A stretch of 64,000 bases of DNA from Minisyncoccia bacterium (GTDB taxonomy: Bacteria; Patescibacteriota; Minisyncoccia; Phycocordibacterales; Phycocordibacteraceae), in contig JBBQZW010000003.1 of assembly GCA_038207395.1 (NCBI GenBank), forward strand, positions 115,760-179,759, given 5' to 3'. The first letter of the stretch is position 1. Each line of letters begins with the position of its first letter. Shown piece by piece: positions 8,674-18,616 of this stretch. A program made the translations under genes and the position numbers. The notes under the pieces are model-generated. The model was not told where the DNA came from. It made no database searches and saw only the letters and a program-made list of their open reading frames with translations.

Positions 8674-9951
8674 ATGACTGACCGCGAAGCGCTTTCAACA
8701 GAGCCCTATAAAGGAGTGCGGGACTTTTACCCTGAAGACTGGGCGAAACTTGAGTACGCATTTGGGGTGATGCGCACAGTACTGCGCCGTCGAGGATTTG
8801 AAGAATATGCCGCATCTCCCCTAGAACGTGCTGAAATCTATGAGAGTAAAAGTTCTGAAGAAATTGTAAATGAGCAGACGTATTCGTTTACGGACCGTGG
8901 AGACCGCAGAGTTACACTTCGACCAGAGATGACCCCAACACTAGCGCGCATGGTCGCCGCGAAGCGGCGTGAGTTGGTATTTCCCTTACGATGGTTTTCA
9001 ATTCCAAATGTATTCCGCTATGAACGTCCTCAGCGTGGACGTCTTCGTGAGCACTACCAGCTAAACGCTGACATCCTAGGAATTGCTGACGAAAAAGCAG
9101 ACGGAGAGATTATTGTCATTGCGTCAGAACTTCTCCGTGCCTTTGGTGCAACAGATGCGGACTTCTCTATTCGTATCAACTCTCGCACGCTTTTAAACGC
9201 AGCAGCGCAGGCACTAAAGTTGAGCACCGAAGAAATGAGTGCGTATCTTTCCCTTCTTGATCGAAAGAATAAGACATCAGGGGAAGATTTTGAAGCGGAA
9301 CGCTCCGCGTTCCGCCGTTCTGGCACCGATCCCCTCGAACTCATCGAATCCGGTACGCACACTGAAGTGGATACTGAACTTAAAAAACTCGAAGCACTCA
9401 TTGAGGCGTTCCAAGCACGCGGTATGACGAACGTTGTTTTCGATCCAACGATTGTCCGAGGATTCCTGTACTACACCGGTATTGTTTTTGAAGTATTTGA
9501 TACTAACTCAGAAAATAACCGTTCGCTTTTCGGTGGCGGACGCTACGACAATCTCGTTGCACTTTTCGGCGGCGAACCTATTCCAGCCATTGGTTTTGGT
9601 ATGGGAGACGTTACCCTTATCGACTTCCTTGAAACTCACAACCTTCTTCCCCAAAACCTAACCGGCGCACCTGATCTCTTTATCGGTACTCCTTCAGAAT
9701 CAGACATCCCTCATGCACATGCAGCAGCTGACGTACTTCGTTCACGAGGGGTAAGCACGCTCGTGAATGGTTCAGGGAAATCACTTGGAGACCAAATTAA
9801 GGAAGCGGTTCGAAGAAAAATCCCCTACTTCATCGCGTACGGCGCACAAGAAGCTGACTCAGGCATGATCACGCTCAAAGTACTTACTGAAAGCCGTGAG
9901 GAGTCACTGACACTCGATACCGTAGCAGGATTTATTACGAAAGGCACGTAA
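8674..9951 (+). CDS. hisS: Histidine--tRNA ligase
   Basis: KGVRDFYP, LRPEMTP, FRYERPQRGRLREHYQ, RGFLYYTG, GGGRYD. Confidence 0.97.
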   Translation: MTDREALSTEPYKGVRDFYPEDWAKLEYAFGVMRTVLRRRGFEEYAASPLERAEIYESKSSEEIVNEQTYSFTDRGDRRVTLRPEMTPTLARMVAAKRRELVFPLRWFSIPNVFRYERPQRGRLREHYQLNADILGIADEKADGEIIVIASELLRAFGATDADFSIRINSRTLLNAAAQALKLSTEEMSAYLSLLDRKNKTSGEDFEAERSAFRRSGTDPLELIESGTHTEVDTELKKLEALIEAFQARGMTNVVFDPTIVRGFLYYTGIVFEVFDTNSENNRSLFGGGRYDNLVALFGGEPIPAIGFGMGDVTLIDFLETHNLLPQNLTGAPDLFIGTPSESDIPHAHAAADVLRSRGVSTLVNGSGKSLGDQIKEAVRRKIPYFIAYGAQEADSGMITLKVLTESREESLTLDTVAGFITKGT

Positions 9952-9952
9952 C

Positions 9953-10531
9953 ATGCGCGTCGTTACGTTTGACATTGAAACAGCAAATGCCTTCCCCACG
10001 CTCGGACGAGGGGATCTTTCGCGCATGGATGTTTCAATCGTCGGCATCCATGACTCTGAAACAGGAGAGCTTACCTCCTACACCCAAGAAGAGTTTGGGA
10101 AACTCTGGCCTATCATTGAGCGCGCAGATATGTTGATTGGCTTTAACTCTGACACGTTTGATATTCCCATCCTGAACCGCTACTACCCTGGAGACCTTAC
10201 TCGCATTCGTTCGCTTGATTTGCTCGTTGAAGTGCAAAAAATGCTTGGACGACGCGTTCGCCTTCAGTCACTTGCTGAGGCCACACTCGGTGTGGGTAAA
10301 AGTGGAAACGGACTCGAAGCGGTGACCTGGTGGCAGGAAGGGCTTGTTGATAAGGTGCGTGCGTACTGTTTGGACGACGTTAAGATTACCCGAGATATAT
10401 ATGACTATGCGCTTAAGCATGGAAAGCTTAAGCATAAAGACCTTGGTGGTGCTCGTGAATTTAAGATAGACACGTCTGCTTGGAACGTACCCCAAGAAGC
10501 TTCAGCCATTACCCACACCCTTCCCTTTTAG
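9953..10531 (+). CDS. RNase H-like 3'-5' exonuclease domain protein (YprB-like)
   Basis: FDIET, GFNSDTFDIP, YCLDDV acidic motifs. Confidence 0.8.
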   Translation: MRVVTFDIETANAFPTLGRGDLSRMDVSIVGIHDSETGELTSYTQEEFGKLWPIIERADMLIGFNSDTFDIPILNRYYPGDLTRIRSLDLLVEVQKMLGRRVRLQSLAEATLGVGKSGNGLEAVTWWQEGLVDKVRAYCLDDVKITRDIYDYALKHGKLKHKDLGGAREFKIDTSAWNVPQEASAITHTLPF

Positions 10532-10592
10532 CACTCCCCGTTTTGACGGGGAATGCGCCTATTGTTCGAGAAATATATTGTAGTATTAAGCT

Positions 10593-11324
10593 ATGAACGA
10601 AACAGACACTTTTTTAGTACAAAAGCGTGAGACCTGGCTAATTCCAGGGGCAATTATCGCAGCAGGTCTTGTGCTCTCCCTCGGCATTTATATAAATCGC
10701 ATCCACGATGTTGAAGGTTCTGCGAAAGCTGATATTACATTGATGCGACCCGTGACGCTTCAGGATCACATTGTCGGAAACCCCTCTGCTCCCGTTATCT
10801 TAGTTGAATATGCTGACATTGATTCAAATTATTCAAAGAGCTTCCAACAAACCCTTGAGCAGCTGATGGCAGAATATGCCGAGGGTGGAAAAGTTGCGTG
10901 GGTATACCGCCATTTACCACTCATTGATCAGCATATTCACGCCGCTGAGCATGCTGAAGCAGCAGAATGTATAGCCTCACTCGGTGACTCAAATATATTC
11001 TATCGATTTATTGACGCGCTCAACAGTGCCGCACCCGGAGATTTGCAGTTTGATCCAAAGAATTATGACAGTGTTGTTTCGTCACTTGGTATTCTTCCTG
11101 AATCATTTAATGCCTGCCTACGCGCTCATACGTTCCAGAAAAAAGTAGGAGATGATTTCCAAAATGGTATTGCCATTGGTGCAGGAGGAAGTCCTTTCAG
11201 TGTACTGTTAGTTAAAGGTCAGAAACCAATCACCATAAACGGTGCACTTCCGTATGATGGATTGAAGAAGATTATTGATCATGCTATTTCAATGGCAGAA
11301 GCATCTTCAACTCCCGCTCAGTAA
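10593..11324 (+). CDS. DsbA/BdbD-like thioredoxin-fold membrane protein lacking CxxC
   Basis: DHIVGNPSAPVILVEYADIDSNYS, WVYRHLPL, AEAAEC, GSP, GALPY. Confidence 0.8.
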   Translation: MNETDTFLVQKRETWLIPGAIIAAGLVLSLGIYINRIHDVEGSAKADITLMRPVTLQDHIVGNPSAPVILVEYADIDSNYSKSFQQTLEQLMAEYAEGGKVAWVYRHLPLIDQHIHAAEHAEAAECIASLGDSNIFYRFIDALNSAAPGDLQFDPKNYDSVVSSLGILPESFNACLRAHTFQKKVGDDFQNGIAIGAGGSPFSVLLVKGQKPITINGALPYDGLKKIIDHAISMAEASSTPAQ

Positions 11325-11334
11325 GCAGAAAAGA

Positions 11335-14313
11335 CTAGAGGACGCCAAACCGGAGTGTACACCACTGACAGTCTGCGTCTTCACAGGGAGTATTCCAAAA
11401 CGAGAGCGTCGTAATTTCTAAAGCACTCTTTTGTATGGTTGCTACGAGAGCGTCTACCTCTCCGTCTGTAATGGTAAAGGCTTCAGTGCGTATGTGACCC
11501 TTATCATCAGGTTCAACAAACTCAATAATCCCCTCTTTCATGTGCTCTGGCTCTTCCCCTCTTTCAAGAAGTAGTTTGTAGAACGTGAGTTGACGATAGT
11601 AATTCCCATCAGCATTCTTCGTGCTTCCCATAAGTTCGTTGCGGCTTTTAGGTTTTCCGGTTTTATAGTCGATAACATTCACGCCACCTGAGACTTCATC
11701 AACCCGGTCAAGCTTCCCACGAATCCGCAGCACCTCACCGTCATCGAGCATAATTTCAGCATGTGCTGCCTGCTCTGCACGCGCTTGTGCCGGCCACTCG
11801 CCATGTCTCTCATTCCACCATGCCGTTAATGCTCGTTCCCCTTTCTCCTGCATTTCTTTTTGTTCTTGTTCAGTGAATGGTGAACGCTCAAGTGAATACG
11901 CAAATGAGCGGATAAGACCATCTACGCCAATATCTTTACCGAGCACCCGTTCATCTGCATACCGGTTTAAGACTTCATGAATAGCCGTACCAAAGAGCAT
12001 GAATTTATTTTCAACTTCAGGAATACGGAGCAAGTTTACATAGAAATATTTCCACGGGCACTCGAGGTAGTTATTGAGAGCTGTTGGCGAAAGGCCCTGC
12101 GCGAATAAGGTGGCGCGAAGCGTCGTGAGATCATCTTCTGAAGGCGCGAGCATTTCTCCTTGATTGACTGCGTTTACTGCACGCGTAACGAATGAAGGTT
12201 CCGTAGGGTTTGCCGGAGGAATAGTTTCAATCAGTGCTGGATTAATATCTTCAAGCAGTTCGGTGGGATCCTGCGCGCGATCATCTTCTCCAGTGACCGA
12301 GTATGAAAGTGTTGCGTGTTCTTTTGCACGAGTGATAGCAACATAGAAAAGACGACGTTCGTCTTCAAGACCGTTTTGTCCTGAGAGAATGTCGGTAAGG
12401 TGGAAATGCTCAGGGCGTGCACGGATGGACCAGGCGCGGGAGGTGAGGTTTGGAAGAAATACCTGAGCGAACTCGCGTCCTTTTGATTTATGTACCGTCA
12501 TAACCTTTACCCGTGTTTCATCTTCCCCTCCCCGACCAGGAAGCGAAATACCCCGTTCTGCGTAGAGATCAAGGAGTGCCAGGGCTCGGGGAAGAAGTGC
12601 GTCATGCTCCCTCCGTGAGAGATCTTCGAGCTCAAGTAAAAGCCCTCGAATGGCCGCCAGGCCCTCTGCACGGTCCGGAGCAGCGAGTATGACCTGTAGG
12701 AGCCCCGATATCTGAAGTGCGTATTCCATCACGGTAGCGGGGCGTTCAAAGGACACCATACGTGCCAGCGTTTCTATCTCTCTACCAAGCTTTAGCGCGT
12801 TTTCCGTATCTACTATCTTTGCCTCTAAGAGTACTTCTGGGTCAGCGAGTACCGAAAGAATAGTGCGTTTTTGGGACCGAGCGTAGTGGGTAAGTCGCGC
12901 CACGTCAGCGGCGCGCAGAGGAAATCCCGGAAGAGATAGCACTCCTGAAAGAAACTCATCACGCGTATCACACGCAACGCGCGCAAGGCGCAGTAGTGCC
13001 TGCACAAACCGATTACTCAACGCATTATCTTCACCAGAACCAGTCACGCTTACGCCCGCGCGCATAAGCGCGCGGGCTACCTCAGCCGCATCCCGATTAC
13101 GACGTACCAGCACCGCAATCTCTCCTGGCTTCGTACCGCTTGAAATAGTGGCAGTAATATTCAGTGCGAGATTCGCCATCTCCTCGTCAGGCGTTGCGCA
13201 CACCGTAAGAGTGAGAGGTTTCGCAGCATATCCTGCATGTGCCACAAGCGGCACGCGGGAAAGTCGTTCGTCCGGAGACGAACTAATGAGCGAAAGCGCC
13301 GAGTCCAGAATCGACTGCGTCGAGCGGTAGTTATCAATCAGGGTGAGAATAGTCGTGCCTTCAAACTTTTCTCTAAAGTAATGCACGTTATCGAGGTCTG
13401 CACCTTGGAAGCGGTATATCGCCTGTTTCTCATCTCCCACCACAAACAAGGTTGGACGATCATGAAAACCTGACACCAATTCCAAAAGTGCATTCTGTGC
13501 ACGATTTGCGTCCTGATGTTCATCTGCCAAAATATAGAGCAAAGATTCCTGCACCTGAAGAAGAAATACGGGATCACTTTCAAGGGTGCGTACTACTTCC
13601 AGAATGAGATCTTCAAAGTCGTACCGGCGTGCTTCGGTTAAGGCGTTTTCATACGCGCGATATACGGAAAGGAGGTCTTCTGTTTTTTCAATCTTTTTTA
13701 TGAGGGCGACGTAGTCGCCCTTCATCTGCCCCACGTACTTTCCTTTCTCATGTACTTTCCCTTCGAGCGCATCAAATGCCGTACGCTCTTCAAGGATGCG
13801 CTCTGCGAGCGCATCCGGAGACACATTCTCACGCTTTAGTGTTGCAAACGCACTTGCGACTGCACCATGGTAGTACAAAGGATCACCAAACGGACGCAAG
13901 TGCTGTACGGGAGTCTCCAGAAGGATCTTGTCGATAATCTCAGCACGCTCTGCAGGTGTTGCAACGTGTGCGCCAATAATTCGCGGAAAGTGATCAGGAA
14001 AATCAGAAATAACGCGCTCTGCAAATCCATGAAAGGTATGCATACGTACCTTGTTCGCGCGTGAACCAATCACCTTTCGCAATCGCTCTCGCATTTCCCG
14101 TGCTGCAGCTTCGGTGTACGTAAGTGCCAGTATTGATTCTGGCGGCGTGTCGGTCAGTTTTAAAATGTTCGCAATGCGTAGTGTAAGTACTTGCGTCTTT
14201 CCCGTACCGGGGCCAGCAATAACAAACACAGGTCCTTCAATAGCATCTACCGCCGTACGCTGCTCTGCGTTTAGGCGCCCGTATGCTTCTTCAAATGCCT
14301 GATTCGGATTCAT
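11335..14313 (-). CDS. UvrD/PcrA-family helicase fused to a PD-(D/E)XK nuclease (AdnB/AddA-like)
   Basis: AGPGTGKT, DEHQD, VGDEKQAIYRFQGA, NYRS, TVHKSKGREF, EERR-like DERRLFYVAITRA; GKLDRVD..IDYKTG; four Cys (CPW...C-C-WC). Confidence 0.92.
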   Translation of the reverse strand: MNPNQAFEEAYGRLNAEQRTAVDAIEGPVFVIAGPGTGKTQVLTLRIANILKLTDTPPESILALTYTEAAAREMRERLRKVIGSRANKVRMHTFHGFAERVISDFPDHFPRIIGAHVATPAERAEIIDKILLETPVQHLRPFGDPLYYHGAVASAFATLKRENVSPDALAERILEERTAFDALEGKVHEKGKYVGQMKGDYVALIKKIEKTEDLLSVYRAYENALTEARRYDFEDLILEVVRTLESDPVFLLQVQESLLYILADEHQDANRAQNALLELVSGFHDRPTLFVVGDEKQAIYRFQGADLDNVHYFREKFEGTTILTLIDNYRSTQSILDSALSLISSSPDERLSRVPLVAHAGYAAKPLTLTVCATPDEEMANLALNITATISSGTKPGEIAVLVRRNRDAAEVARALMRAGVSVTGSGEDNALSNRFVQALLRLARVACDTRDEFLSGVLSLPGFPLRAADVARLTHYARSQKRTILSVLADPEVLLEAKIVDTENALKLGREIETLARMVSFERPATVMEYALQISGLLQVILAAPDRAEGLAAIRGLLLELEDLSRREHDALLPRALALLDLYAERGISLPGRGGEDETRVKVMTVHKSKGREFAQVFLPNLTSRAWSIRARPEHFHLTDILSGQNGLEDERRLFYVAITRAKEHATLSYSVTGEDDRAQDPTELLEDINPALIETIPPANPTEPSFVTRAVNAVNQGEMLAPSEDDLTTLRATLFAQGLSPTALNNYLECPWKYFYVNLLRIPEVENKFMLFGTAIHEVLNRYADERVLGKDIGVDGLIRSFAYSLERSPFTEQEQKEMQEKGERALTAWWNERHGEWPAQARAEQAAHAEIMLDDGEVLRIRGKLDRVDEVSGGVNVIDYKTGKPKSRNELMGSTKNADGNYYRQLTFYKLLLERGEEPEHMKEGIIEFVEPDDKGHIRTEAFTITDGEVDALVATIQKSALEITTLSFWNTPCEDADCQWCTLRFGVL

Positions 14314-14419
14314 GGTGAGTACAGTGTACCAGCTCTCGAAATACCTTGTTTCTTACTGCATTTAATGGCATTATTCGACTTGTTCATTTGGAACACCTGT
14401 TCATTCCTAGGGGAGCGTT

Positions 14420-14623
14420 ATGCAAAAGAAATACATCGTCACTGGTACCGTCATTGGATTTACCGTCGGCCTCGGACTTCCGTTTCTTCTTTTCCTGAAT
14501 CGAAAACTGGATCTCGGTCTTCGATTCACACCAGAGGAAGAGGCTGAAGACGCTTCTGCGTTTTTCGGCGCTCCTGAAGGCTCGCAAGACTGCACCGTAC
14601 TTGGAGGCGGGACTAGTGTCTGA
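14420..14623 (+). CDS. Small single-TM hypothetical protein
   Basis: SD AGGGGAG; N-terminal hydrophobic helix, acidic tail. Confidence 0.55.
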   Translation: MQKKYIVTGTVIGFTVGLGLPFLLFLNRKLDLGLRFTPEEEAEDASAFFGAPEGSQDCTVLGGGTSV

Positions 14624-14783
14624 AGCCACACCCCAGCTCTCTTGGTTTGAACGCAGACGGCAAAACATCCCTCTGCCTCACTCGGTTATTAAACGAATAG
14701 CCGAACGAAATGGCCAAGAGATATTCCCTGAAAAGAAAAAGAGGAGAAAGAAAAGACGAAAATCCGTCATCCCCGCTGAGTAA
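14616..14783 (+). CDS. Small basic hypothetical protein
   Basis: GGAGG at 14603 then GTG 14616; KKKRRKKRRK; terminator at 14803-14836. Confidence 0.5.
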   Translation: MSEATPQLSWFERRRQNIPLPHSVIKRIAERNGQEIFPEKKKRRKKRRKSVIPAE

Positions 14784-14859
14784 ATCAGCGAGATACACAA
14801 ACAGGCCAGGACTCCCCCGGAGTTCCTGGCCTTTTTACATTCCCCATTCATATGATTGT

Positions 14860-15420
14860 CTACCACCGATACCGATGCAACTCCTTTCTTCGCGCTCCAT
14901 GCTCAGGAATATAGTTCGCCACTTCAGCCCAAAATGCTGCACTATGATTATGGTGCTTGGTGTGCGAAAGCTCATGCACAATTAAATAATCTATGAGTTC
15001 AGGTGGGAGGTAGAGAAGACGGTAGTTAAAAGACAGATTGCCATTCGCCGAACAACTTCCCCATCGTGATTTTTGATTGCGTATAGAAATAGTGCCATGC
15101 TTGAAAGAGCCGAGGTGTGCAAAAAAATGCACCCGCTCTTGAGCAATACTGCGTGCTTGAATAAGTGCTTCGCGGTAGGCAGCGGTGCCACGCCGCAGGC
15201 GTGGCACCTGAACATAAGGACCATTTTTCTTTTCTTTCTTTTCCCTCAGGTCGTTCATCTCGCCCTGCGCTTTTAGAATCCAGATTTCTCGTTCTTGCAC
15301 AAATACTTCCACAGCATGAAGCGATATTCGTTTTGGCTTCGTCACCACCACCCTACCATCCTCATGTACCGAAACGCGTAGATGCCGGGCACGTCCATGC
15401 TCCCGGACTTCGTATATCAT
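14860..15420 (-). CDS. YgjP/M48-like (DUF45) metalloprotein
   Basis: IRNQKSRWGSCS, DYLIVHELSH, HNHSAAFW. Confidence 0.9.
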   Translation of the reverse strand: MIYEVREHGRARHLRVSVHEDGRVVVTKPKRISLHAVEVFVQEREIWILKAQGEMNDLREKKEKKNGPYVQVPRLRRGTAAYREALIQARSIAQERVHFFAHLGSFKHGTISIRNQKSRWGSCSANGNLSFNYRLLYLPPELIDYLIVHELSHTKHHNHSAAFWAEVANYIPEHGARRKELHRYRW

Positions 15421-15920
15421 GCCAATACTGAAACTACGTTCTTAGGGTGAGTATATTTCATACGTTCTGCTTTATATATTTTTCGCCATATAGGAAATAG
15501 CATGAAGACAATGTTCCCGGCAATAGCAGGATATGCTCCGCTAAGTATAAATACTGCAAACCAGAGTGTCTCTTTATATACCCAGTACTTGCCGAGTTTG
15601 TGATAGCAGTCAGTAAGAGGCTCTTCGGCATGACTCATATCTTCAGCCATATAGGTACCAATTTGCGCATGGAGAAACGAACCAAATACCGCAGCTGCTG
15701 ATATCCATATAATGACAAACGCACGTAGGGACGCAGTATCGGTGAAAATAGACCTGATTGATGGCGTAGTTAGTAACGATACTGAAAGCAAAATAACGGC
15801 AACAAATCCAGCCTCATACTGCCACGTTGATCCGCGTTTCGGCGCTGCCATCCAGCGAGCTAAAGGATATAAAAAGGGACGCAGTATGCGTACCAAAAAA
15901 TTAAGCACTGATTCAGTCAT
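15417..15920 (-). CDS. Hypothetical membrane protein
   Basis: 3-4 hydrophobic segments; ATGA overlap with the next gene. Confidence 0.65.
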   Translation of the reverse strand: MTESVLNFLVRILRPFLYPLARWMAAPKRGSTWQYEAGFVAVILLSVSLLTTPSIRSIFTDTASLRAFVIIWISAAAVFGSFLHAQIGTYMAEDMSHAEEPLTDCYHKLGKYWVYKETLWFAVFILSGAYPAIAGNIVFMLFPIWRKIYKAERMKYTHPKNVVSVLA

Positions 15921-15976
15921 CCGGACAGTATAGCGTATATGGCAAAAGAGCCCAGAACATTAGTTCTGGGCTCTTT

Positions 15977-16420
15977 TCACGGGCGATCGATGGACTCTAT
16001 CGCTCCATTCGGCGTAAGGCAGGCGAGAAGATAATTCGGAAAATATCTCCAGCTTGCCACTTGCGCATACGCTCGTTGTACATAAAAAGAACATGTTTCA
16101 AATCCATCATTCTCGCGGTTACTCGTCACAGCGCAGATTATAATGCAGACGTCAGAACGTAACCGTACTCGAGACTGTTCCAGCTGAGTCTGAATAATAT
16201 CCCGCATCACAAACTGCATTTCTCGTGGCATTAGCTTTTCATCGTGAGCTAACGCCACATCTGCGCCTGGTCGAATGATTACATCAACGACCTGCGCTTC
16301 ATATTTTCGTATCGCATACTCTTCAAAGCGGCGGCGAAATTCCGGCCGCGCTCCACTAATAATGGTTACCGACCGATACATAGCCTTTCTCCCTGCACTG
16401 CACCAAGACTCAGTAAACAC
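15977..16420 (-). CDS. Hypothetical protein (ORFan)
   Basis: 147-aa ORF ending at hairpin 15943-15977; start uncertain. Confidence 0.5.
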   Translation of the reverse strand: MFTESWCSAGRKAMYRSVTIISGARPEFRRRFEEYAIRKYEAQVVDVIIRPGADVALAHDEKLMPREMQFVMRDIIQTQLEQSRVRLRSDVCIIICAVTSNRENDGFETCSFYVQRAYAQVASWRYFPNYLLACLTPNGAIESIDRP

Positions 16421-16528
16421 CCGAAGCGCCCTTACTACCAGCGTTTATGGCTTGTATCAGGGGATAGCAAAAGGCCCGCCATACAAAAAATGTAGGGCGG
16501 GCCCGGTTGAGATTTAGCCAGTCAGCTG

Positions 16529-16684
16529 CTAAGCAGCATCATCCGGCGGAGAGCGTTTTTGGGCGAGGAATGCCGCTTCCACACCCCGACGGGTGTGAAT
16601 GACAGGAGGAGTGTCCTTGCTTTTCCGAGGAATATCCTTCCGCCTTGGTCGAAAACGACCTCGCAAACGATCCATGCACCTCAT
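16529..16684 (-). CDS. Small basic protein, 51 aa (not in ORF track)
   Basis: SD AAGGAG; MRCMDRLRGRFRPRRKDIPRKSK...PPDDAA*; terminator-like hairpin downstream. Confidence 0.5.
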   Translation of the reverse strand: MRCMDRLRGRFRPRRKDIPRKSKDTPPVIHTRRGVEAAFLAQKRSPPDDAA

Positions 16685-16720
16685 ACTCAACTCCTTTTAT
16701 CTCGAAGCGTTCGTGCCGCC

Positions 16721-16819
16721 TTATGCAGCCACCTTCTGCGGTTTGTATTTGCGGCGGTTTGGGCCACGCGAACCACGGAAGCCTTTACGGCTGTTACAGC
16801 GACGAACTTTCTTACGCAT
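16721..16819 (-). CDS. Small very basic peptide, 32 aa (not in ORF track)
   Basis: SD-like AAGGGGG; MRKKVRRCNSRKGFRGSRGPNRRKYKPQKVAA*. Confidence 0.5.
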   Translation of the reverse strand: MRKKVRRCNSRKGFRGSRGPNRRKYKPQKVAA

Positions 16820-16884
16820 GTAAACCCCCTTTTGGGATGGACAGGAATATCCGGCTTGCGGCCGGATTGAAGTATCCTAACGGA

Positions 16885-17403
16885 CTACGGGACGTGTGTC
16901 AAAGTTGAAGAGGCAAAATGTGGATTGAGCTTTTGGAGGACCTTTTCTTTCAGATTTTCAGTATCCCTAATTCGTAAAAGAGGAAGCCTTGCCTCTCTTA
17001 AGATTCGTTCTACCTCACCGTCCCTCTCTATCCTATCAACCCTCGAATGACTGTAGTCATCAAGTTCGATAGCAAGCACGGGTGAAATATCATCCTTGTC
17101 ACAGAGTACAAAATCAACTGACTTCCGGTTTATGTGCGAACGAGCTCCTTGCCAGTTATTCCCGGGAATCTTCTCGTCTAAAAGACTCGAAAGATGCACT
17201 TGAACAAATATAAAATAATCGTTCCCTACCGTATGAACGAGAGCCTTGTAACACTCAGTTTCGTTTGGGGTCAAGAGATATCGCTTGAGGTGATAGGGAT
17301 ATTTTTTTGAAGTAGGACTGCTTTTCCCACGCCCTAATTCTTTGAGTATCGAAACAAATATGACCGCAACAACTAGTATTGATACGAGGGCGTAAAGATT
17401 CAT
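16885..17403 (-). CDS. DUF2726 domain protein
   Basis: N-terminal TM; LLTPNE, KSVDFVLCD, AIELDDYSH, RD..V..IL..A.LPLLR. Confidence 0.88.
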   Translation of the reverse strand: MNLYALVSILVVAVIFVSILKELGRGKSSPTSKKYPYHLKRYLLTPNETECYKALVHTVGNDYFIFVQVHLSSLLDEKIPGNNWQGARSHINRKSVDFVLCDKDDISPVLAIELDDYSHSRVDRIERDGEVERILREARLPLLRIRDTENLKEKVLQKLNPHFASSTLTHVP

Positions 17404-17513
17404 GTCTTAAGTATATGCTAAGAAAGGTCATAAAAAGAAACCGGCACACCGTGCCGGTTTCAGTCTTTTATGAGTATTCGGTAATTCTGAAAATCACCAG
17501 CGCTCCGCACACT

Positions 17514-18563
17514 TTACAAACGATGCAACAAAAGTGTCTGCTCATCCACAACACCCACAAGGACGCTTAAGTCGAACTCGGGATATGCAGCCGTTAAGGC
17601 TTCACGCGCCGTACGCTCAAGAAAGCGAGCTTTCTGTTCGGCAGTGCGCCATCCAGAACTTCCTTTCTTTGAGCGCGCTAAGGTAGAAACGAGGAGCAAC
17701 ACCCCATCTTTGGGATCAATACGCCCCGCGTCCATATTTCCTTTCACGATCTTACCGGCAGTCTGCACTGCATTCACCCACTGCTCGTACGGCCCTATGA
17801 TAAGAGCCTTGTTTGGCTCATGGAGCCAATAAAAACCGCGACCAACCCCAATGATATTCTCCCGGTGTTCAAGCGCGATAGGTTCGCGACCTGCTTCCCG
17901 AATAGAACGAATGTGACGCTGATTTCCAAGCACAAGAGGCAGCAGATTACGACGCATTGATTCCGGCATATCCGGATACAAGTGACAGAGACGTGAGTCC
18001 ATCTCGCTTGGAGAGGCGTCCGGCATTTCAGCCACCGATAGTTCGGCGCCGTTACTTCCGTGGAAGACGAGCGCGTCCTGATCCGTTTCGATTCCCACCA
18101 TAAGCGGATACACGACCCGATGCTGGGTACCATATATCTCCTCAAACTGCGCGTGCAAGTGCTCAACCATCTTTTTTGCACCTTCCGTGTCATAACCGAA
18201 ACCAGCGCATCCGCGGTGCGTATCACCAGCGGAGAAATGGTAGGTCACAAAAACTAAGGTGTCCTGACCGCGTGATACGGCAGCACTCACGTCTTCATGA
18301 ATGAGTTCGCCGAAGTACGGCCAACCGAGGTCAAAGCGTCCACCAATATTTCGGTACGGCTTTATAATTCCCGGAGGGGTTTCAGTAATGAGCGAAAGAT
18401 TGAGTCTTCCGTCCATGCACTTAAGCGCAAGAAGTTGCGTTGGATGTTTCGCGAAGTACAACTCGCGTGCAAGCTGTGTGTCCGGAGACGTAAACGCATC
18501 ACTTTGTGCTTTGTTAAGGCCAATAGCGTAATTCTGTAATTTTGTATTCACCGTATTCTCCAT
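17514..18563 (-). CDS. CsoSCA-like (carboxysome-type) beta carbonic anhydrase homologue
   Basis: KCMDGRLN (Cys ligand + Asp/Arg dyad) and YHFSAGDTHRGCAG (His...Cys ligands). Confidence 0.75.
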   Translation of the reverse strand: MENTVNTKLQNYAIGLNKAQSDAFTSPDTQLARELYFAKHPTQLLALKCMDGRLNLSLITETPPGIIKPYRNIGGRFDLGWPYFGELIHEDVSAAVSRGQDTLVFVTYHFSAGDTHRGCAGFGYDTEGAKKMVEHLHAQFEEIYGTQHRVVYPLMVGIETDQDALVFHGSNGAELSVAEMPDASPSEMDSRLCHLYPDMPESMRRNLLPLVLGNQRHIRSIREAGREPIALEHRENIIGVGRGFYWLHEPNKALIIGPYEQWVNAVQTAGKIVKGNMDAGRIDPKDGVLLLVSTLARSKKGSSGWRTAEQKARFLERTAREALTAAYPEFDLSVLVGVVDEQTLLLHRL

Positions 18564-18616
18564 ATATAGGTACTGGCCAGCTATTGGTATACACCCTAAT
18601 CAGGGTACTGCCAAAT

